35,278 nt of DNA. It comes from an uncultured Clostridia bacterium. GTDB lineage: Bacteria; Aerophobota; Aerophobia; Aerophobales; AE-B3A. Below the pieces are notes generated by a model, which was not told where the DNA came from, searched no databases, and was given only the letters and a program-made list of their open reading frames with translations. Numbering within the stretch: position 1 is the stretch's first letter; each line of letters begins with the position of its first letter. The stretch covers positions 1 to 35,278 of the forward strand of contig CAZQMG010000002.1 in assembly GCA_964594375.1 (NCBI GenBank), read 5' to 3'. This document shows, in pieces, positions 26,102 to 34,184 of this stretch. The position numbers and the translations under genes were made by a program.

Positions 26102-26979
26102 TTCAAAATCTGCCTTTTTCTTAAATCCTGAAAAATGAAACTGGTCAGAGGAAGAGAAGTCAAAACCCGTAGATAATTGATTTCATAATGTTGACAGAAA
26201 GATTCAACTCTTTGGAAAAAATCTGTCAGCTCTTGTTCGTACCTCTGGCAGGTTACTTCATCAATGATAGTTTCTGTCCTCTGGTGAGTTTCTTTATCTA
26301 TTAATACTACTTCTCCCTTTTCTATGGGTCGAACCTCATTCTCCTCTAAAATGTGTAGCAAGCAGACCTCCCAACCTCGACTTCTTAGAGAAAGTAGTCC
26401 CTCTTCATATCCCTCCGGATCAAGAAGATCGCTTAGGACAACAGCCATTCCAGCTTTTCTTTGTCTTCGACTAAATTCCTTCAGGCAAAAGCTAAAACTG
26501 GTTTTTCCCTGAGCATTTATCCCTTCTAAAAAATGAAAAAGGTTAAAAACCTGAGATTTACCCCGGCGAGCAGGCAAAGTTCTTCTCAAATGAGAAGAAA
26601 AAGTGGTACTTCCTACTTCGTCTAGATTAACCAGAGCAATGTATCCTAGTGCTGCCACCAGTTGGCAAGCATAATCTATTTTAGAAGGATTACCGCCAGA
26701 CATAGATTCACTCTCATCAATAATAAGATGAACTCTAAGGTTTTCTTCTTGCGCAAAGAGTTTAACAAATAGTTGTTCCAGACGTGAAAAAAGGTGCCAA
26801 TCAATGTAGCGATAATCATCACCTACCTGGTATTCTCGATAATCGATGAATTCCAGGCCACTGCCAGGCTTCCCTCCTCTTCTTTCTCCTTGGAAAAAGA
26901 TCTTTCTGGCTCTTTTGCTGACAAGCTTTAACGAATCCAACTGATGTAAGAATTTGCTGTCAAAAAGTATCTTAGCCAT
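26098..26979 (-). CDS. DUF58-family protein (MoxR partner)
   Basis: 293 aa; YREYQVGDDYRYIDW signature; ATGA overlap with the downstream gene. Confidence 0.8.
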   Translation of the reverse strand: MAKILFDSKFLHQLDSLKLVSKRARKIFFQGERRGGKPGSGLEFIDYREYQVGDDYRYIDWHLFSRLEQLFVKLFAQEENLRVHLIIDESESMSGGNPSKIDYACQLVAALGYIALVNLDEVGSTTFSSHLRRTLPARRGKSQVFNLFHFLEGINAQGKTSFSFCLKEFSRRQRKAGMAVVLSDLLDPEGYEEGLLSLRSRGWEVCLLHILEENEVRPIEKGEVVLIDKETHQRTETIIDEVTCQRYEQELTDFFQRVESFCQHYEINYLRVLTSLPLTSFIFQDLRKRQILK

Positions 26980-26981
26980 AA

Positions 26982-27968
26982 CTAGGTTCTTTCCGGAACT
27001 AACTCGATCACATTCTTGATTAACTCATCTGGGTCAACTCTTTCCGCTTCTCCCTCAAAGTTGAGAAGAATACGGTGACGAAGAGCCGGTAGGGCTACCT
27101 GGTGAATATCGGCAAAACTGACGTTAAATCTCTTTTTGGTAAATGCTCTAGCTTTCCCGGCAGAGATCAGAGCCTGAGCTCCTCGCGGACTGGACCCATA
27201 GCGAACATATTTTTGCACCTTTTGCGTAGCTGACCCTGAACCAGGTTGAGTGGCCAGTACCAAACGAGTAGCATAATTCAGAACATGTGAAGCAACCGGG
27301 ATATCCCTTACCAGGAATTGAATTTGGCGAAGTTCGCTCTGACCGATGACTTTATTGAGGGTAGGCAATTCCCGGATGGTAGTTCGATTAACGATTTCCT
27401 GTAGTTCAAAAGAGGAAGGATATTCTATTTTCAATTTAAAGAAAAATCTATCTATCTGAGCTTCGGGCAAGGGGTAAGTTCCCTCCATCTCTATAGGATT
27501 TTGGGTGGCTAGAACAAAAAAAGGAAGTTCCAAGCTGTGAGTTACTCCGGCTACAGTGACTTTCTGTTCCTGCATTGCTTCCAGAAGGGCTGATTGAGTC
27601 TTAGGCGTAGCTCGATTTATTTCGTCAGCCAGAATGATCTGAGCAAAAATAGATCCCTTCTGAAATTTGAAGAAGCGTCTTCCATTCTCCCCTTGCATAA
27701 TAATATTGGTTCCTACAATATCAGCTGGCATTAAGTCAGGAGTGAACTGAATACGAGAAAACTTCAAATCAAGAGCCTGGGATAAAGATTTCACTAAGAG
27801 AGTTTTTCCCAGGCCGGGAACGCCTTCTAGAAGAACGTGTCCGTTAGAGAGAATAGCTATGAGCACCTCGTCAATAATCTTCTCCTGCCCTACAATTATT
27901 CTCTTTACTTCATTTATGATACCCTCTATTTGCTTTTGAAATTCCTTAATTCTCTCTTGGTCTGGCAC
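26982..27968 (-). CDS. MoxR-family AAA+ ATPase
   Basis: 328 aa; Walker A GVPGLGKT, Walker B ILADEINR, ATQNP sensor region. Confidence 0.9.
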   Translation of the reverse strand: MPDQERIKEFQKQIEGIINEVKRIIVGQEKIIDEVLIAILSNGHVLLEGVPGLGKTLLVKSLSQALDLKFSRIQFTPDLMPADIVGTNIIMQGENGRRFFKFQKGSIFAQIILADEINRATPKTQSALLEAMQEQKVTVAGVTHSLELPFFVLATQNPIEMEGTYPLPEAQIDRFFFKLKIEYPSSFELQEIVNRTTIRELPTLNKVIGQSELRQIQFLVRDIPVASHVLNYATRLVLATQPGSGSATQKVQKYVRYGSSPRGAQALISAGKARAFTKKRFNVSFADIHQVALPALRHRILLNFEGEAERVDPDELIKNVIELVPERT

Positions 27969-27983
27969 TTTATTTTTCCTTTC

Positions 27984-29378
27984 TTATTCTGGCTCCAGAG
28001 AAGAGAAATACTTTTTTATCTGCTCTTTATAAGAAAGAGGTATTCTTTCTTCAGTTAACCTATTCATCATTTCTTTCTTATAAGAGAAAAAGGCCTCCTC
28101 TGCTGAAAGTCCAGATTTATCAGAAGTATCGGCAATGCCCTGTAACAATCTCATGAAAAAGTAACCTTGCTTAAGTTGGCTTTCCACCTTGGTTAGTTCT
28201 CCCTTCTCTTCTAACTCAATTATCTCTTCTTTTTTATAATTTGAAGAAGTATTTCCAGGAAGGGAACCTGTTGCTAGACCCAAATCTGCCAGAAAATCCC
28301 TCTCTTTCTCTTCAGCCAAACTATATCCGTCATCTTTCCCATTCTCTACAGGGGATGAATTCATTTCTTTGCCAGGAATGGCTCCCCACGGTTCCTGGTC
28401 ACTTTTCTTTTTTCCCAGTTGCTCCTTTGATCGCTGGTAACTTTTTCTTAAGGTTTTCTCCATCATTTGTAAAGCTTGTAATTCTCCTGTTTCATTGATT
28501 TGCTCTTGCAGGGGATATTGTTGCAGGAGATCATTTACCCCCTGATAATCTTCTTTCTCAAGAGCTTCCATTAGTTTAGAAAGTTGATTCTCATCGATAG
28601 CTCCTCCCTTTTCCTCTCTCAGTCCTTTTAATTTCCCCAAAAGGGATGTGGCAGTTTTCTTCAGGGCAGCAGCGATCTCCTGACTAAGCTGATGATAGGC
28701 CTGGAAGATTTGCTCTTCCTCTAAATTCTTATAATAGATATCCTTTCCCAATTCTCTCATTTCCAGAGCTAGAAGAGAGGCTCGTTCAACATTCTCTTCT
28801 CCCCTTCTTATCAATTTTTGCCCCATATTCATCAATAGTTGCCCTTCTTCCTGGAATAAATCAGGAAAATCAATTTTGCCTCTTGGTGGAAAAGGAAGAA
28901 AGTAGCTGGAGAAAGAAACTAATGAGATACCTATAAGTAAGTAAATTGCATATTTACCTCTCTCAAACCAACGGTAGGGGAATGCTTGGCTAGTTCTTAC
29001 TCCTTGTAGGTGGCAGAGAGCATCTTTGGTCAAAAATTGAATCAACTCTTTCGGTCTTTTCCGGCTCTGATATTCCCAGGCTGTACTCACTCTTTCTTCC
29101 AGCCCTAGCTTCTTATCTATCTGAGAGGCAAGCCAAAAAAATGAAATTCGCTGCTGTCTATCTAATATCAAATATATGGCTATACCTAGTCCACAAAAAA
29201 CAAAAAAGAATAGCGGCCAAGCTGAAGGTAGAGAGACAAATTTATCAAAGAGCAAAAGAGCTAAATAGGCACTTAGAGTGCAAAGAAACCAATTGATTAA
29301 GCACTTTTCTGTGCGAAGAAAGTGATATCTTCGGCTAAACTCTTTTAGTTTCAGAGCCAATATTTGTTTAGTTTTCAT
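27984..29378 (-). CDS. Hypothetical membrane / coiled-coil protein (DUF4175-like layout)
   Basis: 464 aa; TM hairpin near the N-terminus, a third TM about aa 145, long Glu/Lys/Gln helical region, C-terminal IPLSYKEQIKKYFSSL motif. Family assignment is from memory only. Confidence 0.5.
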   Translation of the reverse strand: MKTKQILALKLKEFSRRYHFLRTEKCLINWFLCTLSAYLALLLFDKFVSLPSAWPLFFFVFCGLGIAIYLILDRQQRISFFWLASQIDKKLGLEERVSTAWEYQSRKRPKELIQFLTKDALCHLQGVRTSQAFPYRWFERGKYAIYLLIGISLVSFSSYFLPFPPRGKIDFPDLFQEEGQLLMNMGQKLIRRGEENVERASLLALEMRELGKDIYYKNLEEEQIFQAYHQLSQEIAAALKKTATSLLGKLKGLREEKGGAIDENQLSKLMEALEKEDYQGVNDLLQQYPLQEQINETGELQALQMMEKTLRKSYQRSKEQLGKKKSDQEPWGAIPGKEMNSSPVENGKDDGYSLAEEKERDFLADLGLATGSLPGNTSSNYKKEEIIELEEKGELTKVESQLKQGYFFMRLLQGIADTSDKSGLSAEEAFFSYKKEMMNRLTEERIPLSYKEQIKKYFSSLEPE

Positions 29379-29394
29379 AAGCTAAAGCCTCTTT

Positions 29395-30057
29395 TTATCT
29401 TTTTAACTTCCTAAGAGAAATGAAAAGAGGAAAAAAGGATAAAACCAAGCTAGAAAGAAGAAACCAGGGATTCAAGTAAAATAGCTCCACTTCTGTTGTC
29501 CGGGTCAAAAAAAGACCTAAAAAGAAAAGAATAGTCAACATATTCAGGATAAAAGAAGAAATAGTAGGACTGCCGAGCACAAAACGGAAGAAAAGACCAA
29601 GATTAATGAAGGTAATGATAGGAATTGGAATGAGAAAATAGACTCTCAATGCTGATTTTATGGTTGCTCCTTCCATAAAGTAAGCTAAAACAAGTAAGGG
29701 TGATGAGGAAAAAAGTATGAAGAGGACAATGAGGAAAATCCCTCCCCATTTGCCCAGCGCTATCTCTTGGGGGGTGAGAGGAGTATATCTTAGCCAATCA
29801 TCAAAACTAATTTCTTTATCCAGGGAAATACCCACAGCAAGTCTTCCGCTAAGGTAGGTTAGGATAACTATTTGCGAATAACTTAACACCAGAAGAAGCT
29901 GAGGCGCCTGAAAGCTCAAGGAAGGAGTAGTGGGCCAGATGATGATCAGCGGTAGAGAGAGTATTATCAGATAAGAGAGATGGATCTTGGTAAATGTTCT
30001 CCCTCCCAGATAGGCTTTTAAGTCATTCACCAGAACAAAACGAAAGCGTTTTATCAT
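29395..30057 (-). CDS. Polytopic membrane protein resembling an ABC-2-type permease; no ATPase partner in the window
   Basis: 220 aa, about 6 TM. The loop DKEISFDDWLRYTPLTPQEIALGKW resembles the E..T.E.L..TP.....I..GK motif of ABC-2 permeases. Confidence 0.5.
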   Translation of the reverse strand: MIKRFRFVLVNDLKAYLGGRTFTKIHLSYLIILSLPLIIIWPTTPSLSFQAPQLLLVLSYSQIVILTYLSGRLAVGISLDKEISFDDWLRYTPLTPQEIALGKWGGIFLIVLFILFSSSPLLVLAYFMEGATIKSALRVYFLIPIPIITFINLGLFFRFVLGSPTISSFILNMLTILFFLGLFLTRTTEVELFYLNPWFLLSSLVLSFFPLFISLRKLKR

Positions 30058-30075
30058 ATTAAATACCTTCGGGAT

Positions 30076-30145
30076 ATGGTGAATCGTATCTCATGAATGG
30101 TGAATCGTTTTTCACTATACGCTATCCGCTAAACGCTATCTGCTA
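30076..30145. repeat. Ten-unit heptamer array inside the operon
   Basis: atggtga atcgtat ctcatga atggtga atcgttt ttcacta tacgcta tccgcta aacgcta tctgcta. It contains the stop and last codons of the 649-aa ORF. Confidence 0.8.
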
Positions 30146-32078
30146 TGAAAAGCGGTATTATCGCCAGGCCAATGAAAGCACAATTGAGCGACTGATAACT
30201 CTTTACTAAAGTTTGAGGATTTTCCTCAAACCAGGCCAATAATACAGGAGATTTTGCAGCTATATTTTTCAAAGGTCCTGCAAAATTCCACATCTGGTCA
30301 AGCACCTTTGTTTTTAATTCAATTCGGGGATCTTTGGATCTAACTTCTTCATTGTAGAGTGAAGAGAAGGAAGGTAAAGTCTCCCTCTCTTTTAAATTAA
30401 GCGTTAAATCAGCTTCATTGAAGGCAGGAAGTTCTTTCAAGAAAGAGCTATGCTCGCCATATAAAAAGAATAAATCCTGCAAAGGAAAAGAATTCAAGTT
30501 TTGTAGGCTCACCGTTATAATTTCTTTGCTTCTGGTGGTTTTTGTTATCAGCGAGAAAGGTAGGATAGTTTCCAGACGAAATAGATGAAAAGACCAGGCA
30601 GAGCTATCAGAAGACGAGGTCCAGCGAATCTTTCCCTCAGGGAGAAAGACTACTAAATCTTTGAAGAATTCTCGCTCCCTGGAAGGTGCTGAAAGAGCAG
30701 TTACAAAAGAGATCTTCTTATCAAATTCCAGTTCTACCGATTGGTAGTAAGGAGAAAAAAGGGTAAAATAGTTTTCCGTTTTGGCCAAAGAGCCTCCTTC
30801 TTTTTTATAAAAGATGCTTACCTGCCCTAAAAATGTGTTCTCTCTTCGCATCTTCATCCCCCAAAAAAGAGAAAAAATCAGAGCAGACAGAACTACAGTC
30901 AGACTCAGCCCGATCCTTAGTTTCCATCCCAATTTTCTTTTTTTCAGCCACCAACAGAAAAAACCAATGACCACAAGATAGACTAACAGAAAGAAGCCTA
31001 TTTCTCTTCGCCCCAGGTAAAACCTGCCCGGCCAAAGAATAGAGTGCTCAATAAGGGGATCCAAAATACCCCGGCTAAACATAGAAAAATTGGTTTCCTC
31101 CTCTAATATTTCCGCCCAGAAATAGGATTTTCCTGGCCAGTCCCTAAAAGGATGTTGGAAGAAATCAAGAGCTAAAAACAATATCTTCCCCGACCCCACT
31201 TTTAATTCTACCAGCAAGGGGATGCCCTCCTCCTTTATAAGAACGTCTCCCTTTTGCCACTGGCTATTCCACAGCTCAACTTTCTGGAAATCGGCAGTAA
31301 AGACTCCGTATCTACTCTGCAAGGAAGAAAATGAAGAATTCAGATAAATTTTCTCCAGGGATTCCAGCGGAAGTAAATGAGAGACTAGAGAAGATTTGAA
31401 TTTCCCGTATCCACCTTTTGCCGTAATAATCAGTCTTCCTCCTATAGAAAGCCATTCTTCTATAGCCTTTTCCTGTTCAGAAATTAATTCAAGTGACTCG
31501 ATGTCATCCAGGATTAATGCCTGAATTGCATCGTAACCTATCCAGTGGCTGGGTAGTTTGTTCGGATCGGTGTAAAGCACCTGCCTTATTCTTTTTATCT
31601 TTGCTTGGGCCAGAAAGTCAAATCCAGCGTGAGTCTTGTTAACTACCAGGATAAATCCCTTATCCATATAAAATGGCTGGATTGGAATCTCTTTTTTCAG
31701 CAGACTCTCTTTTCCGCTAATTAGCGAGACCTGCAAAGGATAGACATCCGTTTCCAGAAGTACATTGACTTGATAAAGCTTTCTCGAGGAAGAGGGAAGG
31801 AAAACAGGAATAGAATAGATGATTTCGGTAGGATCTTGTTCGAGAGGATTTCCTCTGGCCACTTTAATTAATAGAGTTCCCTCTAAGGAAGGACCTCGAT
31901 TTTCAAGAAAAACTCTTAGAGGTGTCCAGCTCCCGATTCTGTAAAATCCCTCGAAGCCTATCTCCACCTTCATTTGCAGAGGGGAAGTTGCCTTCGCCTC
32001 GAGAGCCATCAGTAGAAGAAAAATTCCCAGATCAGTAATGATCTTCCTGGTCCACTGCTTAGACGTCATATTTTCCAC
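30129..32078 (-). CDS. Hypothetical exported/membrane protein (first gene of the MoxR/VWA operon)
   Basis: 649 aa; signal/anchor ..LGIFLLLMALEAKA; YDAIQALILDD..WLSIGGRLIIT block suggesting a GATase1-like fold; two central TM helices. GTG start at 32078 or ATG at 32069. Confidence 0.55.
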   Translation of the reverse strand: MENMTSKQWTRKIITDLGIFLLLMALEAKATSPLQMKVEIGFEGFYRIGSWTPLRVFLENRGPSLEGTLLIKVARGNPLEQDPTEIIYSIPVFLPSSSRKLYQVNVLLETDVYPLQVSLISGKESLLKKEIPIQPFYMDKGFILVVNKTHAGFDFLAQAKIKRIRQVLYTDPNKLPSHWIGYDAIQALILDDIESLELISEQEKAIEEWLSIGGRLIITAKGGYGKFKSSLVSHLLPLESLEKIYLNSSFSSLQSRYGVFTADFQKVELWNSQWQKGDVLIKEEGIPLLVELKVGSGKILFLALDFFQHPFRDWPGKSYFWAEILEEETNFSMFSRGILDPLIEHSILWPGRFYLGRREIGFFLLVYLVVIGFFCWWLKKRKLGWKLRIGLSLTVVLSALIFSLFWGMKMRRENTFLGQVSIFYKKEGGSLAKTENYFTLFSPYYQSVELEFDKKISFVTALSAPSREREFFKDLVVFLPEGKIRWTSSSDSSAWSFHLFRLETILPFSLITKTTRSKEIITVSLQNLNSFPLQDLFFLYGEHSSFLKELPAFNEADLTLNLKERETLPSFSSLYNEEVRSKDPRIELKTKVLDQMWNFAGPLKNIAAKSPVLLAWFEENPQTLVKSYQSLNCAFIGLAIIPLFIADSV

Positions 32079-32141
32079 TGAAAACTACTTTTCTTTTTGG
32101 CCACAAAGAAGAGAGTACCAATGCCTCCTTTTTACACCTTC

Positions 32142-32169
32142 ATTCTATGTTAACAAGTCTAATTGTCAA
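32142..32169 (-). promoter_or_regulatory. Candidate promoter of the 7-gene MoxR/VWA operon
   Basis: TTGACA (reverse complement of 32164-32169), 16 nt, TAGAAT (reverse complement of 32142-32147). Confidence 0.5.
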
Positions 32170-32175
32170 CAAATG

Positions 32176-32341
32176 CCTCAGGACAATTTCTTCCGTCGCT
32201 GTTATTGGTTAATTTGTTAATTGGTTAAATGGTTAATTCCCCTCACCCTATGCCTCTCCCCCAGGGGAGAGGAGCACTACTCACCACTCACCAATTAACC
32301 ACTAACCATTACATAAGGCTTCTTCAGAAAATATCCTTCGG
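32176..32341. repeat. Dispersed intergenic element, copy B (conserved ends, 110-nt core of heptamer words plus hairpin copy 32239-32272)
   Basis: Ends match 100-126 and 325-353. Core: gttaatt tgttaat tggttaa atggtta .. CCTCTCCCC-ca-GGGGAGAGG .. tactcac cactcac caattaa ccactaa ccattac. Confidence 0.8.
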
Positions 32342-32380
32342 CAAGCATGTAAATTCTCATGCTTCAAGAGAAGGATTTTT

Positions 32381-32408
32381 TTGACAATTGCTTAAAAAGT
32401 GCTATTTT
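32381..32408 (+). promoter_or_regulatory. Candidate promoter for queH-proB
   Basis: TTGACA, 16 nt, TATTTT. Confidence 0.4.
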
Positions 32409-32443
32409 GATTACTAACTAGATAGTATAGGAATTTCCTTTTT

Positions 32444-32497
32444 CCCCTCTTCTCAATCCTCTCCCCACGGGGGAGAGGGAAGGGAGAGGGGGGATAA
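32444..32497. repeat. GGGGAGAGG hairpin element, copy 3
   Basis: tttcctttttcccctcttctcaatCCTCTCCCCacgGGGGAGAGGgaagggagaggggggataa. Confidence 0.85.
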
Positions 32498-32517
32498 CTT
32501 GGAAGAGAAGATTTTCT

Positions 32518-33069
32518 ATGAAGATTCTTGTTCATATCTGTTGTGCTCCCTGTGCTGTTTATCCTTTTTATAAATTAAAGCATGATTTTGAAGAGGTAAT
32601 GGGTTTTTGGTATAATCCTAATATTCATCCTTTTTTAGAGTACCAGAGACGACTGGAAGCAGTAAAGGTTTGGGCTGAAAAGGAAGAAGTGAGAGTTATT
32701 TACAAGGATGAGTATGACATAAAAAAATTTCTTCGCCAGGTAGTGTATCGAGAGTCACAGCGGTGTCTTTTCTGCTACTATGAGCGCCTGGAAAAAACAG
32801 CCATCTTTGCCCGTCGAGGGGAATTTGACTACTTTAGCTCTACACTGTTCTTATCTCCTCACCAGGATCAAGAATTACTTAAAACCGTAATAGAGACAAT
32901 AAGTAAGAAATATAGGATTAAGCCCTATTTAGAAAGAATAGAAGGAGGATGGCAAAAGGGCATAGAACTTTCCAAGAAGATGAAGTTATACCGTCAAGAA
33001 TATTGTGGCTGTATTTATAGCGAGGAAGAAAGATATAGAAAAAAATACCAGGAGAAGAAAAATAGATAG
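32518..33069 (+). CDS. queH: Epoxyqueuosine reductase QueH (DUF208)
   Basis: 183 aa; HICCAPCA near the N-terminus and YCGC near the C-terminus. Confidence 0.85.
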   Translation: MKILVHICCAPCAVYPFYKLKHDFEEVMGFWYNPNIHPFLEYQRRLEAVKVWAEKEEVRVIYKDEYDIKKFLRQVVYRESQRCLFCYYERLEKTAIFARRGEFDYFSSTLFLSPHQDQELLKTVIETISKKYRIKPYLERIEGGWQKGIELSKKMKLYRQEYCGCIYSEEERYRKKYQEKKNR

Positions 33070-34183
33070 AGACACTATCATTGCTTCTGCAAATAGAATA
33101 ACCATTAAAGTAGGCAGTAGTCTTTTGCTAAGGGAGGGAGGAAACCTCGATTTTAATTTCTTAGAGAAACTAAGCCAAAATATCGCTGATTTAATTAGTA
33201 AAGGCAAGGAGGTTATTTTGGTTAGTTCAGGAGCTATTGGCTTAGGCAGGCAGGAACTCAATATAAGAAAAAGAAGCAATAGTATCTCCTTTAAGCAGAC
33301 CCTGGCTAGCATAGGGCAGGCCCGTTTGATGAATATTTATTATCGGCTTTTTCAACAATATAATCTTTTAGTGGGTCAAATACTTTTAAGTGGAGTTGAC
33401 CTTTCTCGGCGTTCTTCCTATCTCAATGCTCGCAACACTTTTCTTACCCTGCTTAAATTTAAGATTATTCCTGTTGTAAACGAAAATGATACTGTGGCCG
33501 TGGAAGAGATTAAATTTGGTGACAATGATACTCTTTCTGCGTTGGTAGCCGGATTAGTAGATGCAAATCTTCTGATAATTTTCTCCGATATAGAAGGTCT
33601 ATATACCTCTGACCCCAGGATGAATTCAGAGGCAAAATTAATCAAAGAGGTAGATGATATAGATGAAAAAATAGAGAAAATATCCTTGAGTGCATCAATA
33701 GAGGGAAGGGTAGGGGGAATGCAAACCAAGATCAAAGCAGCCAAAATAGCTACTCGCTCTGGTATTCCGGTAATAATAGGAGGAGGAGAGGGAAACTTTT
33801 TGGGGAGAATTTTTGCCGGGGAAGAAAGAGGAACCCTCTTCTTGCCTAAGAAAGATGGTCTGACTTCTCGTAAAAAATGGATCGCTTATGCACATCTTCT
33901 TGCCGGTACTATTGTTGTAGACGATGGCGCTAAAAGAGCTTTAATAGTGGAAGGGAAGAGTCTTCTTGCGGCGGGAATAATTGAAATAACAGGAAACTTT
34001 GAAGTAGGAGATTCTGTAAGCTTATTAGATATGAATAGTGAGGAGTTTGCCCGAGGTATAGTACATTATTCCTCAAAGGAGCTAAAAAAGATAAAGGGAA
34101 CAAAAAGCTCACTGATTGAAAAGCAACTAGGATATAAGTATTACGATGAGGTTGTCCACCGCGACAACCTGGTAATATTGTAG
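33005..34183 (+). CDS. proB: Glutamate 5-kinase with C-terminal PUA domain
   Basis: RITIKVGSSLL, NENDTV, SDIEGLYTSDP, PUA-like tail. A GTG start at 33005 overlaps queH by 65 nt, and no canonical start occurs between it and the conserved core, so the start is uncertain. Confidence 0.85.
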   Translation: MAVFIARKKDIEKNTRRRKIDRDTIIASANRITIKVGSSLLLREGGNLDFNFLEKLSQNIADLISKGKEVILVSSGAIGLGRQELNIRKRSNSISFKQTLASIGQARLMNIYYRLFQQYNLLVGQILLSGVDLSRRSSYLNARNTFLTLLKFKIIPVVNENDTVAVEEIKFGDNDTLSALVAGLVDANLLIIFSDIEGLYTSDPRMNSEAKLIKEVDDIDEKIEKISLSASIEGRVGGMQTKIKAAKIATRSGIPVIIGGGEGNFLGRIFAGEERGTLFLPKKDGLTSRKKWIAYAHLLAGTIVVDDGAKRALIVEGKSLLAAGIIEITGNFEVGDSVSLLDMNSEEFARGIVHYSSKELKKIKGTKSSLIEKQLGYKYYDEVVHRDNLVIL

Positions 34184-34184
34184 C

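Noticed and set aside
32409-32517. preQ1 riboswitch upstream of queH; also a c-di-AMP (ydaO-type) riboswitch upstream of the trk operon (16420-16577)
   Set aside because: I could not find the preQ1 consensus (a short hairpin followed by an A-rich tail ending in CUA) or the pseudo-symmetric ydaO core. The queH leader is occupied by the REP-like hairpin, and the trk spacer is too short. An Infernal scan would settle this.
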